64,000 nucleotides of DNA from Escherichia coli (GTDB lineage Bacteria; Pseudomonadota; Gammaproteobacteria; Enterobacterales; Enterobacteriaceae): NCBI RefSeq assembly GCF_003334255.1, contig NZ_QOWU01000007.1. One strand, 5' to 3'. The translations under genes were made by a program, and so were the position numbers. Positions 1-11,514 of this stretch are shown one piece after another (the first letter of the stretch is position 1; each line of letters starts with the position of its first letter). The notes below the pieces were generated by a model. That model was not told the origin of the DNA, ran no database searches, and saw only the letters and a list, made by a program, of their open reading frames with translations.

Positions 1-106
1 AGCGCGGTGGTCCCACCTGACCCCATGCCGAACTCAGAAGTGAAACGCCGTAGCGCCGATGGTAGTGTGGGGTCTCCTCATGCGAGAGTAGGGAACTGCC
101 AGGCAT
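1..106 (+). rRNA. rrfA: 5S ribosomal RNA, 3' portion (5' end lies upstream of window)
   Basis: Matches the conserved enterobacterial 5S rRNA 3' region (...CCGAACTCAGAAGTGAAACGCCGTAGCGCCGATGGTAGTGTGGGG...GGGAACTGCCAGGCAT) and is followed by rrn T1/T2 terminators. Operon assigned as rrnA because mobB/mobA follow. Confidence 0.9.
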
Positions 107-107
107 C

Positions 108-153
108 AAATAAAACGAAAGGCTCAGTCGGAAGACTGGGCCTTTCGTTTTAT
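108..153 (+). terminator. rrn operon terminator T1 (GC-rich hairpin plus T-run)
   Basis: AAACGAAAGGCTCAGTCGGAAGACTGGGCCTTTCGTTTTAT: perfect stem-loop followed by a U-tract, directly after the 5S end. Confidence 0.85.
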
Positions 154-282
154 CTGTTGTTTGTCGGTGAACGCTCTCCTGAGTAGGACAAATCCGCCGG
201 GAGCGGATTTGAACGTTGCGAAGCAACGGCCCGGAGGGTGGCGGGCAGGACGCCCGCCATAAACTGCCAGGCATCAAATTAA

Positions 283-314
283 GCAGAAGGCCATCCTGAC
301 GGATGGCCTTTTTG
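283..314 (+). terminator. rrn operon terminator T2
   Basis: GAAGGCCATCCTGACGGATGGCCTTTTTG hairpin plus T-run. The region 186-280 between T1 and T2 is also highly structured. Confidence 0.75.
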
Positions 315-375
315 CATTGGCGCAGAAAAAAATGCCGGATGCGACGCTGGCGCGTCTTATCCAGCCTACTCTTGC

Positions 376-903
376 TTATCCGTTCTGCTTTTGCATCCAC
401 TCCACCACAAAATCAGCCAGCCCCTCAACATCATTAATATCCAGTAATGCGACATCAAGATTAAGCGGCACATCACTGGCTACAGCAATAACATGCCTGT
501 CTATCACTAATTCTTCAGGTCGATGTCCGGCTCCATCGCGAAACAGCACAATCTTTGCGATCTCTTCATGCTTAAACCCTTCGACCAGAATCAAATCCAG
601 CTTTGAGGTATCCATTCGACTTGCGAGAAACTGTAGATCCAGCTCTTCTTCGTCTGGTGTTTCCGTCATCAAGGCCCATCGTTGCTGGCTGGCAACGATG
701 GTTTGTGCCGCGCCAGCCTTGCGCAGCTCATAGCTATCTTTGCCTGGCTTATCAACATCCATATCATGGTGCGTATGCTTAATCAGCCCTGGACGGATCC
801 CTCTGGCGCATAATGCCGGGATCAGTTTTTTCAAAAGCGTAGTTTTTCCGGTACCACTCCACGCGGCAAAGGCGAGTAACGGTATCATCGTTTTTCCTGC
901 CAT
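376..903 (-). CDS. mobB: Molybdopterin-guanine dinucleotide biosynthesis adapter protein MobB
   Basis: 175-aa track ORF with a P-loop (AWSGTGKTT). An alternative ATG at 888 forms an ATGA overlap with the mobA stop. Confidence 0.9.
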
Positions 904-1469
904 CGGGCAAGCTCCTCTGGCGTATTCACGTTAACAAATGCATCTTTATGATCGCTGAAATCAACCGCATGACCGCCAGCCAGACGCATAAATACCATTA
1001 CCCGGCGTTCTCCTGCTTGCAGATATTCCAGTAATAAAGGCTCAATAGCGCGGTTTACCAGAGCAATAGTCGGGTGATCGCGTTCACCGTCATGGACCCA
1101 CACGACAGGCGCATCTTTGCGCTGATGATTAAGCCTGGCTGCTAAATCAGGGGGAATGTAAGGCGTATCGCACGGGCAAAACAAAAACCACTCACCAGCT
1201 TCCTGCTGCATTACTGAAAGCATTCCTGCCAGAGGGCCTGGGTAATCCGCCAGTGAATCTTCAATCACTTTCAGACCGCTTGCCTGATAGATTTCCTGAT
1301 GACGATTAGCATTAACCACGACGTGAGAGAGCTGCGTCATAAGCGCGTCAGCGACATGTTGCCATAATGGTTTGCCGTTTAATTCAAGCAATCCTTTATC
1401 TACGCCGCCCATTCGTCTGGCTTTACCGCCTGCCAGCACAACGCCTGTTATCGTCGTCATCAGATTCAC
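885..1469 (-). CDS. mobA: Molybdenum cofactor guanylyltransferase MobA
   Basis: 194-aa ORF with the N-terminal [11 protein letters not shown] nucleotide-binding motif typical of MobA. Overlaps the mobB start. Confidence 0.92.
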
Positions 1470-1538
1470 CGATATCGCCTCTTTTATTGTGGGATTGACC
1501 CTGCTAACGTGTCTGTCTCAAGAGTAAGGAGCATCACT

Positions 1539-1808
1539 ATGAAATGTAAACGTCTGAATGAAGTTATTGAACTCCTCCAGCCAGCCTGGCAAAAAGAGCC
1601 AGACCTTAACCTGCTGCAATTTTTGCAGAAACTGGCGAAAGAGTCAGGTTTTGACGGCGAACTGGCGGATTTGACGGATGACATTCTGATCTATCACCTG
1701 AAAATGCGTGATTCCGCGAAAGATGCGGTGATCCCGGGTTTGCAGAAAGATTATGAAGAAGACTTCAAAACGGCGCTGTTACGCGCTCGCGGCGTAATTA
1801 AAGAGTAA
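1539..1808 (+). CDS. yihD: Small conserved protein YihD (DUF1040)
   Basis: Track ORF 1509-1808 trimmed to the internal Met ([14 protein letters not shown]...), giving 89 aa. Confidence 0.8.
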
Positions 1809-1884
1809 AAGCTTGTAAGCGGCGCCACCAAAATCATCGTGAAATGATATCCTTCGTCATTCGTAATGTTTTCCGGATGATGGG

Positions 1885-2871
1885 ATGAATAACAGCGCTT
1901 TTACTTTCCAGACACTACACCCGGATACCATCATGGACGCTCTGTTTGAGCATGGGATCCGGGTGGATTCCGGTCTTACCCCGCTTAACAGCTATGAAAA
2001 CCGTGTCTATCAATTTCAGGACGAAGATCGTCGACGTTTTGTCGTCAAATTTTATCGCCCTGAACGTTGGACAGCCGATCAAATCCTCGAAGAACATCAA
2101 TTTGCGTTGCAGCTGGTAAATGATGAAGTTCCGGTCGCAGCACCTGTGGCCTTTAACGGTCAGACTTTATTGAATCATCAGGGATTTTATTTCGCTGTTT
2201 TTCCAAGCGTCGGTGGTCGCCAGTTCGAAGCTGATAATATCGATCAGATGGAAGCGGTTGGGCGTTATTTAGGGCGTATGCACCAGACGGGGCGCAAACA
2301 GCTTTTTATCCATCGCCCGACCATCGGTTTGAACGAATATCTCATTGAGCCACGCAAGCTGTTTGAGGACGCTACACTGATACCTTCCGGGTTGAAAGCG
2401 GCATTCCTGAAAGCGACAGATGAGCTGATTGCCGCCGTTACAGCACACTGGCGGGAAGATTTCACCGTTCTGCGGCTACATGGAGACTGCCACGCCGGGA
2501 ATATTCTCTGGCGCGATGGTCCAATGTTTGTTGATCTGGATGATGCACGTAATGGTCCAGCCGTTCAGGATTTGTGGATGTTGCTCAATGGCGATAAAGC
2601 CGAGCAGCGGATGCAACTGGAAACTATTATTGAAGCTTATGAAGAATTTAGCGAGTTCGACACCGCTGAAATCGGACTGATTGAACCTTTACGCGCCATG
2701 CGTTTGGTTTATTATCTTGCCTGGCTAATGCGGCGTTGGGCTGATCCCGCGTTCCCGAAAAATTTCCCGTGGTTAACCGGGGAAGATTACTGGCTGCGAC
2801 AGACGGCGACTTTTATAGAACAGGCAAAAGTTCTACAAGAACCCCCTTTGCAATTAACACCTATGTATTAA
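1885..2871 (+). CDS. srkA: Stress response Ser/Thr protein kinase SrkA (RdoA/YihE)
   Basis: 328-aa ORF with a kinase-like fold (HGDCHAGNILW catalytic loop, DLDD). Confidence 0.9.
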   Translation: MNNSAFTFQTLHPDTIMDALFEHGIRVDSGLTPLNSYENRVYQFQDEDRRRFVVKFYRPERWTADQILEEHQFALQLVNDEVPVAAPVAFNGQTLLNHQGFYFAVFPSVGGRQFEADNIDQMEAVGRYLGRMHQTGRKQLFIHRPTIGLNEYLIEPRKLFEDATLIPSGLKAAFLKATDELIAAVTAHWREDFTVLRLHGDCHAGNILWRDGPMFVDLDDARNGPAVQDLWMLLNGDKAEQRMQLETIIEAYEEFSEFDTAEIGLIEPLRAMRLVYYLAWLMRRWADPAFPKNFPWLTGEDYWLRQTATFIEQAKVLQEPPLQLTPMY

Positions 2872-2887
2872 TCGGAGAGAGTAGATC

Positions 2888-3514
2888 ATGAAAAAGATTT
2901 GGCTGGCGCTGGCTGGTTTAGTTTTAGCGTTTAGCGCATCGGCGGCGCAGTATGAAGATGGTAAACAGTACACTACCCTGGAAAAACCGGTAGCTGGCGC
3001 GCCGCAAGTGCTGGAGTTTTTCTCTTTCTTCTGCCCGCACTGCTATCAGTTTGAAGAAGTTCTGCATATTTCTGATAATGTGAAGAAAAAACTGCCGGAA
3101 GGCGTGAAGATGACTAAATACCACGTCAACTTCATGGGTGGTGACCTGGGCAAAGATCTGACTCAGGCATGGGCTGTGGCGATGGCGCTGGGCGTGGAAG
3201 ACAAAGTGACTGTTCCGCTGTTTGAAGGCGTACAGAAAACCCAGACCATTCGTTCTGCTTCTGATATCCGCGATGTATTTATCAACGCAGGTATTAAAGG
3301 TGAAGAGTACGACGCGGCGTGGAACAGCTTCGTGGTGAAATCTCTGGTCGCTCAGCAGGAAAAAGCTGCAGCTGACGTGCAATTGCGTGGCGTTCCGGCG
3401 ATGTTTGTTAACGGTAAATATCAGCTGAATCCGCAGGGTATGGATACCAGCAATATGGATGTTTTTGTTCAGCAGTATGCTGATACAGTGAAATATCTGT
3501 CCGAGAAAAAATAA
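2888..3514 (+). CDS. dsbA: Periplasmic thiol:disulfide oxidoreductase DsbA
   Basis: 208-aa ORF with a signal peptide ([19 protein letters not shown]) and the CPHC active site ([13 protein letters not shown]). Confidence 0.97.
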
Positions 3515-3531
3515 TTCAATGTAAATTACAT

Positions 3532-3562
3532 AAAGCCCGTGAATATTCACGGGCTTTTTTTA
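3532..3562 (+). terminator. Rho-independent terminator downstream of dsbA
   Basis: AAGCCCGTGAATATTCACGGGCTTTTTTT: perfect inverted repeat plus T-run. Confidence 0.8.
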
Positions 3563-3668
3563 TTATTTAATAAATATAAATACATTCTGATAATGCATCC
3601 TGCCGCTGGACATTATTTCAGCATAAGTGGATATTCAAAGTTTTGCTGTTTTATCAGGGAATATTTAT

Positions 3669-5099
3669 ATGATACGTAAGTCAGCTACAGGTGTTATTGT
3701 TGCGTTAGCCGTAATCTGGGGTGGTGGCACATGGTACACAGGTACGCAAATTCAGCCTGGTGTCGAAAAATTTATTAAAGATTTTAACGATGCTAAAAAG
3801 AAAGGTGAACATGCCTACGATATGACGTTAAGTTATCAAAATTTTGACAAAGGCTTTTTTAATTCCCGTTTTCAAATGCAAATGACATTCGATAACGGTG
3901 CACCCGATCTCAATATCAAGCCAGGCCAGAAAGTTGTATTTGATGTGGATGTTGAGCACGGTCCGTTGCCCATCACAATGTTAATGCATGGTAATGTCAT
4001 CCCAGCACTGGCAGCGGCAAAAGTGAACTTAGTGAATAATGAACTGACACAACCGCTATTTATCGCCGCGAAAAATAAATCGCCCGTGGAAGCGACATTG
4101 CGATTCGCGTTTGGTGGCTCATTCTCTACGACATTAGATGTTGCCCCTGCAGAGTATGGAAAGTTTTCTTTTGGTGAGGGCCAGTTTACTTTTAATGGTG
4201 ATGGTAGTTCATAGTCTAACCTGGATATTGAAGGCAAAGTCGAAGATATTGTTCTGCAATTATCACCAATGAACAAAGTAACGGCAAAAAGTTTTACCAT
4301 TGATTCTCTGGCGCGATTAGAAGAAAAGAAATTTCCGGTTGGTGAAAGCGAGTCGAAATTTAATCAGATTAACATTATCAATCACGGGGAAGACGTTGCC
4401 CAAATCGATGCTTTCGTTGCAAAAACCAGGCTGGATCGCGTTAAAGACAAAGATTATATCAATGTCAATCTCACCTACGAACTTGATAAGTTAACAAAAG
4501 GGAATCAGCAACTCGGTAGTGGTGAGTGGTCATTGATTGCTGAATCTATTGATCCCTCAGCAGTGCGCCAATTTATCATCCAGTATAACATTGCGATGCA
4601 GAAGCAGCTTGCTGCACACCCTGAGTTAGCAAACGATGAAGTTGCTCTGCAAGAAGTGAATGCTGCATTGTTCAAAGAGTATTTACCGTTATTACAAAAA
4701 AGTGAGCCGACCATTAAACAACCGGTAAGATGGAAGAACGCACTCGGCGAACTAAATGCCAATCTGGATATCAGTATTGCCGACCCAGCCAAATCTTCAT
4801 CATCCACAAACAAAGATATCAAATCGCTCAATTTTGATGTGAAGTTACCGCTTAATGTCGTCACAGAAACCGCAAAACAGCTTAATTTATCTGAAGGAAT
4901 GGATGCGGAAAAAGCGCAAAAGCAGGCTGATAAACAAATCAGCGGGATGATGACATTAGGTCAGATGTTTCAGTTAATCACGATTGACAACAATACCGCC
5001 TCGCTGCAGCTGCGTTATACACCGGGTAAAGTTGTTTTTAACGGACAGGAGATGAGCGAAGAAGAATTTATGTCTCGTGCCGGACGTTTTGTTCATTAA
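3669..5099 (+). pseudogene. yihF: DUF945-family protein YihF, reading frame interrupted by an in-frame TAG at 4212-4214
   Basis: Track ORFs 3627-4214 and 4269-5099 are in the same frame and separated only by one TAG (...FNGDGSS*SNLDIEGKVEDIVLQLSPMNKV...). Read through, the product from the Met at 3669 is 476 codons, the length I recall for intact YihF. No obvious SD precedes the ATG at 4269. Confidence 0.6.
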
Positions 5100-5105
5100 A
5101 ATACT

Positions 5106-5135
5106 CACTCGCCTCTGCTCATTCAGAGGCGAGTA
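5106..5135. terminator. Bidirectional terminator hairpin between convergent yihF and yihG
   Basis: CTCGCCTCTG-ctcatt-CAGAGGCGAG: 10-bp perfect stem lying between the two stop codons. Confidence 0.6.
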
Positions 5136-5139
5136 AAAC

Positions 5140-6072
5140 TTACTTATTCTGACGCTGTGATGACATGAGAGACGTCAGAAGCCGGTCTTTTTCCTGCCAC
5201 AATGAGTTCAGCCATTGCTGAAAATGGCGCTTAAAGCTTTTGTCATTGATGTAGTCGCCATGTAACTCATCGGCAATAGGCTGTAAATCCACATGTACGA
5301 CAATCCGCGTCAGTTTACCGCTTAACATATCGAAGAACGGCTGACGGTTATTGTCCGGATAACACAGCGTAACATTAAGCAGTTTATCGAATTGTTTACC
5401 CAGTACATTTAGCGCCATCGCAATGCCTGCCGCCTTTGGTGGCAACAAGTTTTGAAAAGTGGAGTGGGTTTGCTGATGTTTTTCTTGCGTGAAACGGGAG
5501 CCTTCAACGAAATTGACAATGGTGGTGGGATGCAGGCGAAACTTTTCACAAGAACGCCGAGTGGTTTCAACATCTTTACCACGTCGCTCCGGATGACGTA
5601 ATAAATAAGCGCGGGAATAACGCTTCATAAACGGCATATCCAGCGACCAGCACGCCAGGCCAAGAAATGGCACCCAGGCCAGCTGTTGCTTGAGGAAATA
5701 TTTATTCATCGGAATGTGCTTACGAAACAGCACGCACAGTACGACAATATCTGCCCAACTACGGTGGTTACAAATAAGCAGATACCAGTTCTTCTTACTT
5801 AACCCTTCCAGCCCGTGAACTTCCCATTGAAGGTGTGGGTTCAGATGCAGTAATACCGCCAGACCTTCACACCAGCAATACATCATAAAATCACAAAAAC
5901 GCGAAACCTTTCGCCAAATGACTGGCACAGGTAGCAATAGTTTTACAATCCCGGCAATGATGATCGGGACGGAACAAAAAATAGTGACCAAAATGGTCAA
6001 TACGATACTCAGCAAAAGGGTTATCGCAGCGAGTATTCTCGTCATAATGAATTTATTCAAAAGGTTAGCCAT
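5140..6072 (-). CDS. yihG: Putative lysophospholipid acyltransferase YihG (PlsC family)
   Basis: Track ORF 5140-6096 trimmed to the Met at MANLLNKF (310 aa). Contains the HRSWADI acyltransferase motif (HxxxxD) and N-terminal TM helices. Confidence 0.85.
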
Positions 6073-6435
6073 AGACAGTGCGCTAAAGAAGCGCAAGGCG
6101 CAGATTTTAGCAGAAAACGACCCAAATAACGGATGATCCTTAAGGAGAAAAATAATTCATATCTATCCACATTAGAAAAAATCCCATTATCTCAATTATT
6201 AGGGATGGATTTATTTTTAACTGCATGAAAAACAAAGACAAACATCATGCTGTAAAAAGCATGATAATAAATTAAAAGCGATGTAAATAATTTATGCACA
6301 AAGTTATCCACATGACGATTTGCGAGCGATCCAGAAGATCTACAAAAGATTTTCACGAAAAGCGGTGAAAAACTCATGTTTTCATCCTGTCTGTGGCATC
6401 CTTTACCCATAATCTGATAAACAGGCACGGACATT

Positions 6436-9222
6436 ATGGTTCAGATCCCCCAAAATCCACTTATCCTTGTAGATGGTTCATCTTATCTTTATCGCGCATA
6501 TCACGCGTTTCCCCCGCTGACTAACAGCGCAGGCGAGCCGACCGGTGCGATGTATGGTGTCCTCAACATGCTGCGCAGTCTGATCATGCAATATAAACCG
6601 ACGCATGCAGCGGTGGTCTTTGACGCCAAGGGAAAAACCTTTCGTGATGAACTGTTTGAACATTACAAATCACATCGCCCGCCAATGCCGGACGATCTGC
6701 GTGCACAAATCGAACCCTTGCACGCGATGGTTAAAGCGATGGGACTGCCGCTGCTGGCGGTTTCTGGCGTAGAAGCGGACGACGTTATCGGTACTCTGGC
6801 GCGCGAAGCCGAAAAAGCCGGGCGTCCGGTGCTGATCAGCACTGGCGATAAAGATATGGCGCAGCTGGTGACGCCAAATATTACGCTTATCAATACCATG
6901 ACGAATACCATCCTCGGACCGGAAGAGGTGGTGAATAAGTACGGCGTGCCGCCAGAACTGATCATCGATTTCCTGGCGCTGATGGGTGACTCCTCTGATA
7001 ACATTCCTGGCGTACCGGGCGTCGGTGAAAAAACCGCGCAGGCATTGCTGCAAGGTCTTGGCGGACTGGATACGCTGTATGCCGAGCCAGAAAAAATTGC
7101 TGGGTTGAGCTTCCGTGGCGCGAAAACAATGGCAGCGAAGCTCGAGCAAAACAAAGAAGTTGCTTATCTCTCATACCAGCTGGCGACGATTAAAACCGAC
7201 GTTGAACTGGAGCTGACCTGTGAACAACTGGAAGTGCAGCAACCGGCAGCGGAAGAGTTGTTGGGGCTGTTCAAAAAGTATGAGTTCAAACGCTGGACTG
7301 CTGATGTCGAAGCGGGCAAATGGTTACAGGCCAAAGGGGCAAAACCAGCCGCGAAGCCACAGGAAACCAGTGTTGCAGACGAAGCACCAGAAGTGACGGC
7401 AACGGTGATTTCTTATGACAACTACGTCACCATCCTTGATGAAGAAACACTGAAAGCGTGGATTGCGAAGCTGGAAAAAGCGCCGGTATTTGCATTTGAT
7501 ACCGAAACCGACAGCCTTGATAACATCTCTGCTAACCTGGTCGGGCTTTCTTTTGCTATCGAGCCAGGCGTAGCGGCATATATTCCGGTTGCTCATGATT
7601 ATCTTGATGCGCCCGATCAAATCTCTCGCGAGCGTGCACTCGAGTTGCTAAAACCGCTGCTGGAAGATGAAAAGGCGCTGAAGGTCGGGCAAAACCTGAA
7701 ATACGATCGCGGTATTCTGGCGAACTACGGCATTGAACTGCGTGGGATTGCGTTTGATACCATGCTGGAGTCCTACATTCTCAATAGCGTTGCCGGGCGT
7801 CACGATATGGACAGCCTCGCGGAACGTTGGTTGAAGCACAAAACCATCACTTTTGAAGAGATTGCTGGTAAAGGCAAAAATCAACTGACCTTTAACCAGA
7901 TTGCCCTCGAAGAAGCCGGACGTTACGCCGCCGAAGATGCAGATGTCACCTTGCAGTTGCATCTGAAAATGTGGCCGGATCTGCAAAAACACAAAGGGCC
8001 GTTGAACGTCTTCGAGAATATCGAAATGCCGCTGGTGCCGGTGCTTTCACGCATTGAACGTAACGGTGTGAAGATCGATCCGAAAGTGCTGCACAATCAT
8101 TCTGAAGAGCTCACCCTTCGTCTGGCTGAGCTGGAAAAGAAAGCGCATGAAATTGCAGGTGAGGAATTTAACCTTTCTTCCACCAAGCAGTTACAAACCA
8201 TTCTCTTTGAAAAACAGGGCATTAAACCGCTGAAGAAAACGCCGGGTGGCGCGCCGTCAACGTCGGAAGAGGTACTGGAAGAACTGGCGCTGGACTATCC
8301 GTTGCCAAAAGTGATTCTGGAGTATCGTGGTCTGGCGAAGCTGAAATCGACCTACACCGACAAGCTGCCGCTGATGATCAACCCGAAAACCGGGCGTGTG
8401 CATACCTCTTATCACCAGGCAGTAACTGCAACGGGACGTTTATCGTCAACCGATCCTAACCTGCAAAACATTCCGGTGCGTAACGAAGAAGGTCGTCGTA
8501 TCCGCCAGGCGTTTATTGCGCCAGAGGATTATGTGATTGTCTCAGCGGACTACTCGCAGATTGAACTGCGCATTATGGCGCATCTTTCGCGTGACAAAGG
8601 CTTGCTGACCGCATTCGCGGAAGGAAAAGATATCCACCGGGCAACGGCGGCAGAAGTGTTTGGTTTGCCACTGGAAACCGTCACCAGCGAGCAACGCCGT
8701 AGCGCGAAAGCGATCAACTTTGGTCTGATTTATGGCATGAGTGCTTTCGGTCTGGCGCGGCAATTGAACATTCCACGTAAAGAAGCGCAGAAGTACATGG
8801 ACCTTTACTTCGAACGCTACCCTGGCGTGCTGGAGTATATGGAACGCACCCGTGCTCAGGCGAAAGAGCAGGGCTACGTTGAAACGCTGGACGGACGCCG
8901 TCTGTATCTGCCGGATATCAAATCCAGCAATGGTGCTCGTCGTGCAGCGGCTGAACGTGCAGCCATTAACGCGCCAATGCAGGGAACCGCCGCCGACATT
9001 ATCAAACGGGCGATGATTGCCGTTGATGCGTGGTTACAGGCTGAGCAACCGCGTGTACGTATGATCATGCAGGTACACGATGAACTGGTATTTGAAGTTC
9101 ATAAAGATGATGTTGATGCCGTCGCGAAGCAGATTCATCAACTGATGGAAAACTGTACCCGTCTGGATGTGCCGTTGCTGGTGGAAGTGGGGAGTGGCGA
9201 AAACTGGGATCAGGCGCACTAA
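6436..9222 (+). CDS. polA: DNA polymerase I
   Basis: 928-aa ORF with 5'-3' exonuclease, 3'-5' exonuclease and polymerase domains (e.g. [17 protein letters not shown] motifs). Confidence 0.98.
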
Positions 9223-9368
9223 GATTCGCCTGAACATGCCTTTTTTCGTAAGTAAGCAACATAAGCTGTCACGTTTTGTGATGGCTATTAGAAATTCCTA
9301 TGCAACAACTGAAAAAAAATTACAAAAAGTGCTTTCTGAACTGAACAAAAAAGAGTAAAGTTAGTCGC

Positions 9369-9477
9369 GTAGGGTACAGAGGTAAGATGTTCTATCTTTC
9401 AGACCTTTTACTTCACGTAATCGGATTTGGCTGAATATTTTAGCCGCCCCAGTCAGTAATGACTGGGGCGTTTTTTA
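9369..9477 (+). ncRNA. spf: Spot 42 small regulatory RNA
   Basis: Exact match to the 109-nt Spot 42 sequence (GTAGGGTACAGAGGTAAGATGTTCTATCTTTCAGACC...GCCGCCCCAGTCAGTAATGACTGGGGCGTTTTTTA) including its intrinsic terminator. Confidence 0.95.
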
Positions 9478-9498
9478 TTGGGCGAAAGAAAAGATCCG

Positions 9499-9582
9499 TA
9501 ATGCCTGATGCGCTATGTTTATCAGGCCAACGGTAGAATTGTAATCTATTGAATTTACGGGCCGGATACGCCACATCCGGCA
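9499..9582. repeat. REP-type palindromic elements
   Basis: GCCTGATGCGCTATGTTTATCAGGCC and GCCGGATACGCCACATCCGGC hairpins of the REP family. Confidence 0.7.
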
Positions 9583-9602
9583 CAAGCATTAAGGCAAGAA
9601 AA

Positions 9603-10235
9603 TTATTCGCCGTCCTGCGTTTCTTCTACAGGCTGCATCTCGCTAAACCAGGTATCCAGTTTCTGCCGCAGCTTGTCCACGCCTTGTTTCTTCAACGAAG
9701 AAAACGTTTCAACCTGCACATCACCGTTAAACGCCAGTACAGCTTCACGCACCATATTCAATTGCGCTTTACGTGCGCCGCTTGCCAGTTTGTCCGCTTT
9801 GGTCAGCAGCACCAGAACGGCGATATTGCTGTCTACCGCCCACTCAATCATCTGCTGATCCAAATCTTTCAGCGGATGGCGAATATCCATTAGCACCACC
9901 AGACCTTGCAGGCTCTGACGTTTTTCGAGGTATTCGCCGAGCGCACGCTGCCATTTGCGCTTCATCTCTTCCGGGACTTCCGCATAACCGTACCCAGGCA
10001 AGTCAACCAGACGCTTGCCGTCAGCCACTTCAAACAGGTTGATAAGCTGGGTGCGCCCTGGGGTTTTTGAGGTACGAGCCAGGCTTTTCTGGTTAGTCAG
10101 CGTGTTCAGCGCGCTGGATTTACCTGCGTTGGAACGGCCTGCAAAAGCCACTTCAATTCCGGTATCGGAAGGTAGGTGGCGAATATCAGGCGCACTCATC
10201 ACAAAATGCGTCTGTTGATAATTCAAATTAGTCAA
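9603..10235 (-). CDS. engB: Ribosome biogenesis GTPase EngB (YihA)
   Basis: 210-aa ORF with G1 motif GRSNAGKSS and G3 DLPGYG. Confidence 0.95.
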
Positions 10236-10505
10236 AGCGGTCGTCTCCGTCAGTCAAAGCTTTGTGGCGATTATACCTGAACCATAATAAAAGGCGGATT
10301 TTTCGGCGTGAGCGTTGTAAGTAAAAGCCATACGCTTTGTGAGACATTGCCGATAGTCTTTATGCGAAATAGCAGAGAAAATTCTGCGATGCATGTCAAA
10401 TAAGCTATATAAATCAGTGAATTGCTTTTATATAAAACTCTGAAAATGTGCAAATACTGATGGCGGTTGATTGTTTGTTTAAAGCAAAGGCGTAAAGTAG
10501 CACCC

Positions 10506-10750
10506 ATAGAGCGAGGACGCTAACAGGAACAATGACTCAGGATGAGGGTCAGGAGCGCCAGGAGGCGAAGACAGAGGATTGTCAGGAAGACAAACGTCCG
10601 GAGACGTAATTAAACGGAAATGGAATCAACACGGATTGTTCCGGCTAAAGGAAAAACAGGGTGTGTTGGCGGCCTGCAAGGATTGTAAGACCCGTTAAGG
10701 GTTATGAGTCAGGAAAAAAGGCGACAGAGTAATCTGTCGCCTTTTTTCTT
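10506..10750 (+). ncRNA. csrC: CsrC small RNA (CsrA-sequestering)
   Basis: About 245 nt with many GGA motifs (AGGATGAGGGTCAGGAGCGCCAGGAGGCGAAGACAGAGGATTGTCAGGAAGACA...) ending in a strong terminator (GGCGACAGAGTAATCTGTCGCCTTTTTTCTT). Boundaries approximate. Confidence 0.85.
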
Positions 10751-10816
10751 TGCTTGCTTTCTGTTAGATTCCGCCGCAAATCTATACTGAATAAAACGGC
10801 TAAAAGACGAACCATT

Positions 10817-11326
10817 ATGAAACCATCATCTTCAAACTCACGCAGCAAAGGTCATGCAAAAGCGCGTCGAAAAACACGCGAGGAGCTGGATCAGGAAGCT
10901 CGTGATCGCAAGCGTCAGAAAAAACGTCGTGGTCATGCGCCGGGCAGCCGCGCAGCGGGCGGAAACACCACGTCAGGCAGCAAAGGCCAGAACGCACCAA
11001 AAGATCCACGTATTGGCAGTAAAACCCCTATTCCATTGGGCGTGACTGAAAAAGTCACCAAACAGCACAAACCGAAGAGTGAGAAACCTATGCTTTCACC
11101 GCAGGCGGAGTTGGAATTACTGGAAACGGATGAGCGTCTGGATGCGCTGCTGGAACGTCTGGAAGCAGGCGAAACCCTGAGTGCCGAAGAGCAATCCTGG
11201 GTGGATGCTAAACTGGATCGTATTGATGAGTTGATGCAGAAACTCGGCCTCTCTTATGACGATGACGAAGAAGAGGAAGAAGACGAGAAGCAAGAAGACA
11301 TGATGCGTCTGCTGCGGGGCAACTAA
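10817..11326 (+). CDS. yihI: Der GTPase-activating protein YihI
   Basis: Track ORF 10754-11326 trimmed to [13 protein letters not shown] (169 aa). Highly basic N-terminus and acidic C-terminal tail ([14 protein letters not shown]). Confidence 0.88.
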   Translation: MKPSSSNSRSKGHAKARRKTREELDQEARDRKRQKKRRGHAPGSRAAGGNTTSGSKGQNAPKDPRIGSKTPIPLGVTEKVTKQHKPKSEKPMLSPQAELELLETDERLDALLERLEAGETLSAEEQSWVDAKLDRIDELMQKLGLSYDDDEEEEEDEKQEDMMRLLRGN

Positions 11327-11514
11327 CGGATTGCCGCCGTGGGCCTTCCCGTTCTGCTGATAACCCTTCCGGTTATATGTTATCTGGTGTGGTTATTCGT
11401 TAAACTACAGCGGTTGTCGCGGCGACAAAAGTGGCTGCGCAACCGGCTGATGACCCGAAACGGGCATCCGCCGGTACGCCGTAGCCGCCAGAGACGCCAT
11501 CGGAAGGAGTGAGC

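Noticed and set aside
71-80. 5S rRNA reads GGTCTCCTCATG where the canonical sequence I recall has GGTCTCCCCATG
   Set aside because: A single-base difference within normal inter-operon and strain heterogeneity of 5S genes; the window holds only a partial gene and I cannot verify it from memory.
317-733. 138-aa forward ORF starting inside the rrn terminator region and running antisense into mobB
   Set aside because: It starts within terminator T2 and overlaps mobB on the opposite strand. Ser/Thr-rich low-complexity translation with no RBS.
2924-3550. 208-aa reverse-strand ORF mirroring dsbA
   Set aside because: It overlaps the dsbA coding span almost exactly on the opposite strand. DsbA on the forward strand has a signal peptide and a CPHC active site; the antisense product has no features.
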